A DNA stretch of 64,000 nt from Candidatus Algichlamydia australiensis (lineage in GTDB: Bacteria; Chlamydiota; Chlamydiia; Chlamydiales; JAJFMI01): positions 224,001-288,000 of the forward strand of contig JAXCHI010000002.1 of NCBI GenBank assembly GCA_033977065.1, in the 5' to 3' direction. Under the pieces are notes generated by a model. It saw nothing but the letters and a program-made list of their open reading frames with translations, was not told where the DNA came from and made no database searches. Shown here piece by piece: positions 9,021 to 18,021 of this stretch (within the stretch, counting starts at the first letter, position 1; every line of letters begins with the position of its first letter). A program made the position numbers and the translations under genes.

Positions 9021-9049
9021 ATTTTAATATATGCATATTTTTTATTCAA
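9021..9049 (-). promoter_or_regulatory. Sigma66/70-type promoter for the ABC-F leader
   Basis: Minus strand TTGAAT-17 nt-TAAAAT. Confidence 0.6.
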
Positions 9050-9055
9050 AAAAAA

Positions 9056-9856
9056 CTAACACTTTGCAAATCCATACAAGACTTTTAGCTCTTCTTCTAA
9101 AGTTTTTCCTACAGTGATAGCGGCAGTTTTTTCCAGTGTGCTTTGATGACAATTTTCTAATTGATCAGCAGAGAGCTGCTCAAGCAAAGCTCGTGTCGCA
9201 TGACTCCAAAGACTATTCCACCAAGCATCAACGGTGTCATGTGTAAATATTTTATTTTCTTTTTCAATTTGGACGTTGTGAAAGCCAGCACGCTTGCAGA
9301 TTTTATGTAACTTGGATTCATTCCAGTTAGATGTTTTTACAAAGCTTGTTGTAGGTTGTATTTGATTAATTTGACTTTCTATCAAGTTATCTAATTCAGA
9401 ATTTTCCGCCCATGTAGAGAAAACTAAACTCCCTCCAGGTTTTAATACTCGTTTGAATTGTGATAGAGCTTGGGAAGGGGAGAGAAAAAAAGAAAAACAA
9501 AAACCACAAAAAACGAAATCAAAGCTGTTTTCTGGAAAACATAGATTCTCTGCGTCCATGCGCAGAAGATCTACCCGATTGACTCCCTTTTTTGCGAGTC
9601 GAACAGATGTTTCAGAGAGCATCTGCTCACTTACATCAATACCTGTAATTTTTCCTTTTGAGTTAATGATTTTTGTAAGTGGAAATAGGATTGCTCCTTT
9701 ACCTGTCCCAACGTCTAGTACGTGGTGGTAGGGTTCAACTTTTGCCTGTTCTACTAAACGTTTTCCAAAGTAGGTAAAAAACGAGGAGTCTTTTTCCCCA
9801 TATTGAGGGGCCGCTCGGTCAAAAACTTCTCTTATCCACTCGTTTTGCTTTTTCAT
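9056..9856 (-). CDS. Class I SAM-dependent methyltransferase (UbiE-like fold)
   Basis: VLDVGTGKG motif I, GIDVSEQML, SFDFV, RVLKPGG. Confidence 0.88.
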   Translation of the reverse strand: MKKQNEWIREVFDRAAPQYGEKDSSFFTYFGKRLVEQAKVEPYHHVLDVGTGKGAILFPLTKIINSKGKITGIDVSEQMLSETSVRLAKKGVNRVDLLRMDAENLCFPENSFDFVFCGFCFSFFLSPSQALSQFKRVLKPGGSLVFSTWAENSELDNLIESQINQIQPTTSFVKTSNWNESKLHKICKRAGFHNVQIEKENKIFTHDTVDAWWNSLWSHATRALLEQLSADQLENCHQSTLEKTAAITVGKTLEEELKVLYGFAKC

Positions 9857-10755
9857 AAGAATTTTTCTTTAGACCAGCACTGTTCATAGGAAAAATCAAA
9901 TTCGTCTGTGAAACCCAAACCATGTTTTTCCGATAATCTAAAACGCTTTCCTTGCCTAGCTTTTTCATCAATTTCATCCATCTCCTTTTCTGAAAGAAGA
10001 AAGTCAAAAATACTCCTATTTTCTTCGATATGAGATCTGTTTTGGCTACCAGGCAATGGGATGCATTTATGTTGAGTGATCCATCTAAGAGCGACTTGAA
10101 AAGTTGTTTTTTGATACTTATTACCTAGTTCTTTTAGAAACGGATCTTGAGAAATTCGTCCTTGGTCAAGGGGGCGCCAAGCTTGCGTAGTGATGGAATG
10201 TTTTGAGCAAAATTTAAGCAGATCAAAATCGCAAAAATTCGGGTGCATCTCAACTTGTACCCACGTAACAGGAATATTATACGTTAATGCTTTTTTTACA
10301 TGATTTACAGAAACATTGCTCAATCCAATATGTCGAATTTTACCCTCTTGGAGTAGGTTGTTCATTGCTTTTAAAGTGGCATCAATAGGGATTGTGCTAT
10401 TTGGCCAGTGTAAAAGATAAGCGTCAAGATAATCTGTTTTTAGAAGCCGAAGTGTCTTGTTTATGTCATCATGTAAGTCTTTGGGATGCTGTTTGTCGTG
10501 CCAAACTTTAGAGATAATGTAAAATTTTTTACGGTCCTTTCCCTGAAGGGCTTCTGCAATAGCGGGGAAATTTTCATAATAGGTTGCAGTGTCGATAATG
10601 CGGTAACCAGCTTCTATAGCGTACTGCACAGATTTTGTACAAACTTCACCTTGTAAAGGGTAGGTTCCAAATCCAATAGCAGGCAATTCTAAATGATTAA
10701 TTTTACAAATCCCTTTTTTGAGTTCAGTCTGAACTCGGCTAGTATCTAAATTCAT
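9853..10755 (-). CDS. Aldo/keto reductase
   Basis: IGFGTY, GYRIIDTATYY, IISKVW, YLLHWP, IGLSN. Start at 10755 preferred over 10815. Confidence 0.9.
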   Translation of the reverse strand: MNLDTSRVQTELKKGICKINHLELPAIGFGTYPLQGEVCTKSVQYAIEAGYRIIDTATYYENFPAIAEALQGKDRKKFYIISKVWHDKQHPKDLHDDINKTLRLLKTDYLDAYLLHWPNSTIPIDATLKAMNNLLQEGKIRHIGLSNVSVNHVKKALTYNIPVTWVQVEMHPNFCDFDLLKFCSKHSITTQAWRPLDQGRISQDPFLKELGNKYQKTTFQVALRWITQHKCIPLPGSQNRSHIEENRSIFDFLLSEKEMDEIDEKARQGKRFRLSEKHGLGFTDEFDFSYEQCWSKEKFL

Positions 10756-10921
10756 AGTACAAACAAAAATTACTGGGAGCTGTCTGGTAGAAAGTCTCCC
10801 ATTTGCATTTCCCATATCCTAGCACATAAGTTCTCTTTAATTAAGCGCCCTTTTCGGGAGACATCGAGTGATTTTTAATAGATAAAAAGCATAATGAAAT
10901 AAAAAAGCGAGGTATTTTTAT

Positions 10922-11092
10922 ATGCTGTAATGGGCATTAGTATTTTTTATTATAGCAATAATTGCAAGTGTATTTGGATTTACAGGAATCGCTGTAGGAG
11001 CTCAAACGATTGCGGTGTGGCTATTCTGGATTTTTGTAATTGTATTCTTTATCACACTAATTATGGGGCTTTTGGATAGAAGAAAAAGGTAG
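10922..11092 (+). pseudogene. DUF1328/UPF0391 (YtjA-like) small membrane protein with in-frame TAA at codon 3
   Basis: ML*WALVFFIIAIIASVFGFTGIAVGAQTIAVWLFWIFVIVFFITLIMGLLDRRKR, preceded by SD GAGG. Confidence 0.75.
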
Positions 11093-11259
11093 TTAACTGA
11101 CAGCCTCTAAAGTTGCACGATGGAAAAAACAAAAGGCCTTTTCAGTTTCAAAACTCAAGTTACCACCCTCTTCCCAGTTGCGGAAAAAATGCGGAAAATC
11201 GTGAAAGAAAAAAGAAATGTCTATAAAATCTAGGGCTTATCCTTACGAGAGAAAAGCCT

Positions 11260-11891
11260 ATGGACAATCGTGATAATAACAGTTCACTTATTCTTTATCA
11301 AACAGAAGACGGGAAGACACAAATAGAAGTTCAGCTTCTTGACGACACTGTGTGGCTTACCCAAGCACAAATGGCTGAGTTGTTTAGTAAGGATAAAAGA
11401 ACGATTTCTGAGCATATTCAAAATATCTTCAAGGAAGGAGAATTATCTGTAGATTCAACTGTCCGGAATTTCCGGATAGTTCAAAAAGAAGGGGTTCGAG
11501 AGGTTGCTCGTCAAGTAGATCACTACAACCTTGATGCTATAATCTCAGTAGGCTATCGCGTTAAGTCTCACAGGGGTACCCAATTCCGTATTTGGGCAAC
11601 GGCTCGATTAAAAGAGTTTCTAATCAAGGGCTTTACCTTGGATGACGAGCGGCTAAAAAGGCTTGGTGGGGGGGAATTATTTTGAAGAACTCCCTTGTAC
11701 GCATTCGAGATATTCGATCCTCAGAAAAAGTATTTTGGAGAAAAGTCTTAGACATCTATGCGACAAGCATTGACTATGATCCTAACACTGAAACAGCTAA
11801 AGATTTTTTACTTGGGGAAACGATTGCACTGGAAGTTTTAGATACTCTATCAGATTGGATTTTGGAAACGACTACTCGTATTTCTTCTTAA
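11260..11891 (+). pseudogene. RhuM-family (virulence RhuM) DNA-binding protein, frameshifted and truncated
   Basis: WLTQAQMAELF, YNLDAIISVGYRVKSHRGTQFRIWAT, then RIRDIRSSEKVFWRKVLDIYATSIDYD in another frame. Two apparent +1 insertions (G7 at 11668-11674 and CCC near 11692). Homology ends near 11810. Confidence 0.85.
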
Positions 11892-12768
11892 GGAGGTCAT
11901 CAAGAAATTTCCGGTTAAATTGGTAGAGGCGCTTACTGGTCGTATTCCAGGTTCTCCGTTTGACTAAAAAACCGATGGTTGCAATGGCTTTATTGAAACG
12001 GAGAAAAGGGGTAAGAGGCTGATAATTAGGAATTTTTCTAACACTTGCGTAGCCCGACAAAAATTCGTCTTTATGTTCCTTTAAACAACTTCCATGCTCG
12101 ATAGTGCAAAAATCCTCTTCTGCAATACTTGCTTTGGCGCTAGCCCAATCGATTACTCCTCGTAGTTTCCCCTTATCAACGATTAGATTGCCAAGTCGAA
12201 AATCACGGTGAACAACACAAGGACCATCTGCTGATGAGAGAAGGTGTAGGTGAGAGTCGTAATAATTTTGAGAGGCTTTCAAAAGATCTGAGGGGAGGTG
12301 ATCTTTGCACTCCTCTAATCCTTCTTTAAACTTAAAAGTAAAAATTTCTCTAGGGTCCTTGCTAAGATGATCTTGGGTAGGATCACCATATCCTGGTAAG
12401 CGATTGAGATGGATAAGGGCTAAGTTTTGACCGAATTCATGCGCTAAGGATGGTGTTACTTCACTTGATTTTATAAGTGATCCTGGCAAGCATTCCATTA
12501 AGATGGCTCCATAAACTCCTTTTTCCGGAGGGACTGCATTTACAACACGGGGAACGGGCAGTTTGTTTGAAAGGAGCTTTAGAAAGTAGAGTTCTTTTGA
12601 GTAATAATCTTCTTTATCAGAAATTTTCAAAATGAGCTCTTCGCCATTTGGCTGTGTAACACGATAGGCTATGGCAACAATTGCATCTTCATGATTAATT
12701 TGAGAAAACGATGCTTTTTGAAGGCCAAGTTTTTTTTGATAATACGATATGTCGATAGACTTCATCAT
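11872..12768 (-). CDS. APH/choline-kinase family phosphotransferase
   Basis: LILKI, VVHRDFRLGNLIV, VIDW. Confidence 0.85.
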   Translation of the reverse strand: MMKSIDISYYQKKLGLQKASFSQINHEDAIVAIAYRVTQPNGEELILKISDKEDYYSKELYFLKLLSNKLPVPRVVNAVPPEKGVYGAILMECLPGSLIKSSEVTPSLAHEFGQNLALIHLNRLPGYGDPTQDHLSKDPREIFTFKFKEGLEECKDHLPSDLLKASQNYYDSHLHLLSSADGPCVVHRDFRLGNLIVDKGKLRGVIDWASAKASIAEEDFCTIEHGSCLKEHKDEFLSGYASVRKIPNYQPLTPFLRFNKAIATIGFLVKRRTWNTTSKRLYQFNRKFLDDLLKKKYE

Positions 12769-12832
12769 TAAAATTTGCCCTGTAAGAAATTAACACTCAA
12801 GTTGCTACCCCTACTCTTCCTCTAGAATGGAG

Positions 12833-12992
12833 CTGCCCTAGAAGTTAGGGGGCCGCACTGGAAAATTGGACAGGAAGTGGTGGAGTTTGGCTTTAACGGA
12901 CGCAGGACAGCTCTTAAGTAGAGCTGTTCAAGGAAGGCAAAGTCAAAGGTTGCCGCTTCTTGTTCCAATTTTTCCTGCGGGAACCTAACGTA

Positions 12993-13000
<8 letters not shown>
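12833..13000 (+). repeat. 168-nt imperfect palindrome overlapping the tRNA 3' end
   Basis: Nested arms CTGCCCTA/TAGGGCAG, GTTAGG/CCTAAC, CCGCA/TGCGG, GGAAAATTGGA/TCCAATTTTTC, CAGGAAGTGGTGG/TTGCCGCTTCTTG, TTTGGCTTT/AAAGTCAAA, GGACAGCTCT/AGAGCTGTTC. Confidence 0.8.
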
Positions 13001-13066
<66 letters not shown>

Positions 13067-13098
13067 ATGGAAGAGTAATGATAATAGGAAAGGGATTC

Positions 13099-14061
13099 CT
13101 AATCAAGTCTTGTGATTGTGATAACAAGGGCCTCTTTTGCTTGGTAGTAGGAGCAATGGGGAGAGGGAGTAATGGGTATGAGTTTTTCTTTGTAGTCGAG
13201 GTGAGGATTTTCAATAATTGTTTTTGTGAATTTGGGGTCTTCGTATTTCGAGGTGGGGTCTTCAAGAAAACAGGAGATTTTCGAGCCTTTGTGGGTGTGA
13301 TTATCGAGAACAATTTTGAGAAAGCTGAGGAAGCGGTCATGGCTATTGCGAAAGGGGCACGCCTCTGTACGGTTTTTTTCTTCAAACTCTTTGACGGCCT
13401 CTTGTGTGATCAATTCTTGTTTAAGGAGTCTGTCAAGGACTTGTGCTTGCTGATCGGAGGTAATTTGTCCGCGCTTGTGTAGGTCTGAAAAGAATTTAAG
13501 AAAGTGGTTGGGATTGATCAGTCGGCTTTTAGACATTTTTGTGAAGAAAAAGTCGAGGTCTTCATCAGAGTAGCGCTTCGATTGCATCTCAGAGAATTGT
13601 GCGTTCACAGATGAGAGAAGTTTTTTTCCTTTAGAAAGGATGGGGATAGCGCGCTTTTTTGCCTTTTGTTGCTCCTTCACCTCTTTTTCGCTCTCTAATG
13701 GATAGTCATCAAAAAAAATGACATCAAAAGTGCCAAGATTTTTTAGAGCATTTTGCCAAGTATCATGGATCAAGTTGACGTTAGCTCGATTTTCCGCCCA
13801 TTTTTTTGCATGAGCTACAACGGTAGGGTGATACTCAATAATTGTATGGGAATCAAGAGGATAACTTTGGAATTGGGCAGCGCTATAGCCGCAACCAAAA
13901 CCAATTTCAAGGACTTTTCCCGAAGGAGTAAGCGCATCGACACACGCTTTCATGTAGGGTTTTTCCCACTCCATCATGACTTGAAATTTTCCGTCCTTAA
14001 GTAGCAGTTCTTTACCATCAAGGTCTTTTGTGAACTCGAGTGTACAAGTATTTGATTCCAT
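13099..14061 (-). CDS. RMT2/GAMT-like SAM methyltransferase with internal helical insertion
   Basis: QVMMEWEKPYM, VLEIGFGCG, HTIIEYHP, FDVIFFD match the guanidinoacetate/RMT2 methyltransferase signature. Confidence 0.78.
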   Translation of the reverse strand: MESNTCTLEFTKDLDGKELLLKDGKFQVMMEWEKPYMKACVDALTPSGKVLEIGFGCGYSAAQFQSYPLDSHTIIEYHPTVVAHAKKWAENRANVNLIHDTWQNALKNLGTFDVIFFDDYPLESEKEVKEQQKAKKRAIPILSKGKKLLSSVNAQFSEMQSKRYSDEDLDFFFTKMSKSRLINPNHFLKFFSDLHKRGQITSDQQAQVLDRLLKQELITQEAVKEFEEKNRTEACPFRNSHDRFLSFLKIVLDNHTHKGSKISCFLEDPTSKYEDPKFTKTIIENPHLDYKEKLIPITPSPHCSYYQAKEALVITITRLD

Positions 14062-14162
14062 GTACTTTACTATATTTGTTTTCTGAATTTAATTCTATAG
14101 AAAATCTTTTGCATAAAAAATAAATTAACAGTATATGAAAAACAGAGATATAATTTTATTAA

Positions 14163-15365
14163 ATGAGACGTTTTAGTTTTATATTATTACTAACCGCTGC
14201 TGTTTCTTTATCAGCATCGCTTCCTATCATCAACTTAAAAGAGGGTGAGGTGATCTCTCTTGTTAATGGGAGGAATGGCTCTTTTTCACGCACAGATAGT
14301 ATTCCCCAAGAGCACCTTGATGAGCAGAGTGACGCTTATCTAGAAGGATACATTCAAGCGATGATTGATGCGACCTACTACGAAATGCATGTACTTGTCT
14401 ACGTGAAAGATCGCAGTGTAATTCTCTATAATCTACCTGATAATATTATGTTAAAAAATAGTATTATGAGTTTTGTGGAAGAGATTCCTGAGGTGGAGTC
14501 TGTTGAGGCTGCTGAGGTCCTTCCAAAAGATGTAGCACTGGAGATTGAAGAGACGACTGTACGTCCTCAGCTGCACGGTGTCTGGTTCCCACAAAATACG
14601 GTTTTATTTCAGCCAATACTAGGAGATCCATGGGAGCCGATGTACTCTGTTTCCTATCGTTGGGGCGACTTACTAGGGGCAAAAGCAGTCGCTGTTTCCT
14701 ACGGTGATGATTTTCCCATCTTTCGCTGGTTCGATGTTTGGAAATGGCATGGCGATTTACAATTTGGGATTACTGCAGGTGTCTGGTCGGTTTTTAAAAT
14801 GAATGCACAAACAGGAGACGCATTTTCTGAGCTTGTCAATACCGATTACTTGATTGGTCCAACTCTCTCTTATGCTGTAGATAAATGGGCGTTTCGTTTT
14901 CGTCTCTATCATATTTCCTCCCATCTCGGCGATGAGTTTATGTTCAACCACCCCAATTTTGACCGCGTCAATCCCAGCATGGAAGCGATCGACTTTTTCT
15001 CTTCCTGCCAATTGACGGAGGCCGTCCGCTTTTACTTCGGTCCGGGTTGGGTTTTCCACAGCGATAACTCTTTCCCTATCGATCCTTTCTATGTAGAGTA
15101 CGGATCGGAGATACGCTTTTTTGGTCACAAATATTTTTACCACCAGCTCTACGGCAATATGCTCTTCTTCGTCAACTTTCGTAACTGGCAAGAGAACGAC
15201 TGGGAGTTCGATAGTACGGTCTTCTTCGGTTACGAATTCTCAAAAATGCAGGGTGTCGGCCGCAAAATCCGTATCGGTGCGCTCTACCATAATGGGTACT
15301 CTGAGGGGCAGTTTTTTAAACAGCGCACGGGCTACATAGCTTTGAAGCTCTCCTGGGGCTTCTAA
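14163..15365 (+). CDS. DUF1207 (CT389-like) exported, probable outer-membrane beta-barrel protein
   Basis: Signal peptide, RLYHISSHLGDEF motif, C-terminal LSWGF, syntenic position. Confidence 0.75.
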   Translation: MRRFSFILLLTAAVSLSASLPIINLKEGEVISLVNGRNGSFSRTDSIPQEHLDEQSDAYLEGYIQAMIDATYYEMHVLVYVKDRSVILYNLPDNIMLKNSIMSFVEEIPEVESVEAAEVLPKDVALEIEETTVRPQLHGVWFPQNTVLFQPILGDPWEPMYSVSYRWGDLLGAKAVAVSYGDDFPIFRWFDVWKWHGDLQFGITAGVWSVFKMNAQTGDAFSELVNTDYLIGPTLSYAVDKWAFRFRLYHISSHLGDEFMFNHPNFDRVNPSMEAIDFFSSCQLTEAVRFYFGPGWVFHSDNSFPIDPFYVEYGSEIRFFGHKYFYHQLYGNMLFFVNFRNWQENDWEFDSTVFFGYEFSKMQGVGRKIRIGALYHNGYSEGQFFKQRTGYIALKLSWGF

Positions 15366-15512
15366 TTATTTGAGCTCCGCCTCGCTTCGCCAAATGCGAA
15401 AAGAGCCTCTGTGCCGTGTTATTCACACTGTCACAGAGGCTCTTTTCGCATTTGGCTTTGCGACGAAACCTGGTTTTCTGCGGAAAACCAGGCGAAGCTC
15501 TCGGCTACTGTA
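15366..15512. repeat. Multi-hairpin element between CTAA and CTAG (may also act as a bidirectional terminator)
   Basis: Perfect 25-bp stem 15389-15413/15432-15456; 10-bp stem 15469-15478/15483-15492; GAGCTCCGCC (15372) can pair with GGCGAAGCTC (15491-15500). Confidence 0.75.
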
Positions 15513-15516
15513 CTAG

Positions 15517-15694
15517 CGCATTTTGTATAGAATCCCTCAAATCCAGAAATCCGGGAAACTACTCTTTTCGCTGTTACGGATTACTGTGCGAAACTTTCGA
15601 CTACGGCACCAGTTTGTTTTTTTTAAACCTGAGATGGTATCTTCAAATTGGCTGTTTTTTTTAATTAACTATTAAAAATTAATGTTACAGATTG
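15517..15694. mobile_element. Degenerate relative of MITE family C
   Basis: Right end ATTGGCTGTTTTTTTTAATTAACTATTAAAAATTAATGTTACAGATTG resembles the family C end ATTGGCTGTTTTTTAAATTAAACACTAAGATTTTCTGTTACAGAGTG. Begins after CTAG at 15513-15516. Confidence 0.55.
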
Positions 15695-15706
15695 CTGCTC
15701 TTTAAT

Positions 15707-17821
15707 TTAAAGGTTTTTGGCAATGGCAAAGCCGTGCGGATAGCTCGGACCTTCTGGGCCAATTGGCAGCTGTCCCGAGAAATACTTTTGGTAGACGTGC
15801 AGGCCTTCTATGGCATTTTCTATGCAGTAAAAACAGTTTGAGATCCACTCCGATCCTTTAATCGTTCCGCTCGTAAGATTTTGATTGAAGCGCGAGGTAA
15901 TTTTATTTTTCCAGTAGTTGGGCTCTCCAAAGAGAAGGATAGGGGTGGGATCACAGACGCCTGTCTTGCGGCGCGCTTCTTCTAGGGCGAGTTCAAAGTC
16001 AGAGCCGATGCCTCCTTCAAGAATAATGGGCAGGTCGAGATGGAATTCTGCTTGTCTTTCAACAAGGCGATCGAGGCGGTAGGTCATTTTTGCTTCAATG
16101 TACGGGTTTTGCTCTTGTTCAGCGAGGCCGGCTGGTGTTCCTTTTGAAAAATCTACGATGTTTGCACAAGAGAGGATCCCTGCTTGTTTTGCGACGCGGT
16201 TTCCTATTTTCATAGCACCAGGGCCGCCTCCTGTAACAAGAGCAAGGGGAGTTTTAGGGTTGAGAAGGGGGTGAGTAAACTCTTTTCTCATCGCTTTTAG
16301 CCCTTTGAGGAGTGTATAGAGTTCAGTAGAAAATTCTTCATCCGCAAAGATGGAGCCGTAGATGCCAACGAGGGTAGCATTGACAAAGTAGGGAATACGG
16401 TTTAGCGGGACAAATAGCCCAGAGTCTTTTCCCGGTTTTGGCGTATATTGCAGGATTTTTTTTGCGCTCTTATCGATCCAATAGACAGGGATACCAAACT
16501 TAGAGAGGTCGAAGAGAAAGGCGCGGTCTTCATGAGAAAAGAACTCTCCGTTGGTAAGGGAGGGGATTTCAAAGTAGAGACCTTTGAGCATACGCTGCAC
16601 TTTTTCGCTCAAGAACATGCGTTTCATCACAGGCGAGGGAAAATGGCGCGTAAGAAGGATGCCTTCTGAGGTAATCAAGCCGTTTTGAATCGCTTTGAGG
16701 AAGGGGTAGGAGGGCTGTTGTTGTATGTAACGGTCTACAAGCTCACGCTGGAGGTGAAGATCAGAGAGTCCAGGAAAATCTTTTCGTTCAGCATCAATAG
16801 AGATCCATGATGTCGCGTCTAAATTTTTGAGTTGCTCGTTTTTTACAACAAAAGTGGCAGCGCGATGGTGAGAGGGTTTTGGAGAGGTGCTAATGGCTGT
16901 AAAGAGGTGCTCTTGATTTTCGATCGCCTCTTGCAGTTGATCGCGATCAGAGAAAAAAACGTGCTCTTTGTAGGGTTCGAGAGTGTAAAACTCTAGAGGG
17001 ATTGAGGTGAGTTCTTCGCTGCTTTCACCAGAAAATTCGTAGATATCTCCAGACGCTTCAGTATTGGGTTGTAAGATAGAACTTGAGAGATGAGAAAAAC
17101 CCTTAGGGAGGTTGTCGGAGACTCGCGCAAAAACGGTTCGGATGTGGAGGGGTTCTGTGCGGACAATCAAGCAGCGATTTTTTTCAACGCTGCGTTTTTG
17201 ATTCGGTGTTTGGACTTGGTGAAAGCGGAGAAGTTCTCTGAGAGAGAGTTGCGGGTTTTTTAGGGCTTTAGCAACTGTTGGTAAAAGGCCAAAGATTTCC
17301 TCTTTGTAAGTATAGGAGTGAGGGAGGAGGGGGAGATGAGCAATGATACGGGTACTCTCTTTTTCAAATTGCAAATTTTCTGGATGGCCAAATGCTAAAA
17401 GCGGATCTCCTTTCTCATCGGATCGTCCAAACATTCGTGTTAAGTAGTCAGGGTTTTTTACGATGCGACGCTCATCTTTTGCAAACAGTTTCCCGATAAA
17501 GCTGCCTTTTTCAATAAGCTCGAGAAAGGATTTGCCAAGAGGATCGATGGCAACCAATTGTACGCTACAATGGGCTCTACGCCTATTTTCATCGAGTTCA
17601 AAGTCTTGCAAAAAAGCGTCTATGCCAAGTTGTCCAAGAGTGCTCTTGAGATTGAAAATGATATCTTGCTTATCGAGAGAGAATCCCACAAAAAAAGAGG
17701 GGATATTTTCAATAAGGATTTCGCAGTTGCGAAAAGTTTGTTCTATTGGGGAAATTTTTGTTATTTTCCCATCCGGTGTTGTGAGATCAAAAGCTTTTAA
17801 ATGAAGTTTTTCTAATAGCAT
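15707..17821 (-). CDS. CT387-like protein with C-terminal LOG/YgdH-like Rossmann domain
   Basis: LVTGGGPGAM, ERQ, EGGIGSDFEL LOG-type motifs; synteny. Confidence 0.75.
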   Translation of the reverse strand: MLLEKLHLKAFDLTTPDGKITKISPIEQTFRNCEILIENIPSFFVGFSLDKQDIIFNLKSTLGQLGIDAFLQDFELDENRRRAHCSVQLVAIDPLGKSFLELIEKGSFIGKLFAKDERRIVKNPDYLTRMFGRSDEKGDPLLAFGHPENLQFEKESTRIIAHLPLLPHSYTYKEEIFGLLPTVAKALKNPQLSLRELLRFHQVQTPNQKRSVEKNRCLIVRTEPLHIRTVFARVSDNLPKGFSHLSSSILQPNTEASGDIYEFSGESSEELTSIPLEFYTLEPYKEHVFFSDRDQLQEAIENQEHLFTAISTSPKPSHHRAATFVVKNEQLKNLDATSWISIDAERKDFPGLSDLHLQRELVDRYIQQQPSYPFLKAIQNGLITSEGILLTRHFPSPVMKRMFLSEKVQRMLKGLYFEIPSLTNGEFFSHEDRAFLFDLSKFGIPVYWIDKSAKKILQYTPKPGKDSGLFVPLNRIPYFVNATLVGIYGSIFADEEFSTELYTLLKGLKAMRKEFTHPLLNPKTPLALVTGGGPGAMKIGNRVAKQAGILSCANIVDFSKGTPAGLAEQEQNPYIEAKMTYRLDRLVERQAEFHLDLPIILEGGIGSDFELALEEARRKTGVCDPTPILLFGEPNYWKNKITSRFNQNLTSGTIKGSEWISNCFYCIENAIEGLHVYQKYFSGQLPIGPEGPSYPHGFAIAKNL

Positions 17822-18021
17822 TTTAAATTGTGGAAAATTTGTTTAAGAGTATTGATAAAGAGGGGGTTCCGGCCTTATTTAAAGAAAATGTAAAGATTTG
17901 TAAAATGCTGTAAGTCAACGTCTTATGATCTTGGTTTTTCTTTGTCACCAAACTAGGTAATCCTTTGTTCATATCTTCCCTACTTGTTACATAACGAATT
18001 CTCTGATAAAATTCCTCAACT

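Noticed and set aside
11668..11674. Phase-variable G7 tract in rhuM
   Set aside because: A second frameshift and a 3' truncation mean that slippage could not restore the gene.
12845..12989. Integron attC site (GTTAGG...CCTAAC)
   Set aside because: The core sites are in the wrong order (GTT precedes AAC on both strands), there is no integrase, and the flanking genes lack cassette spacing.
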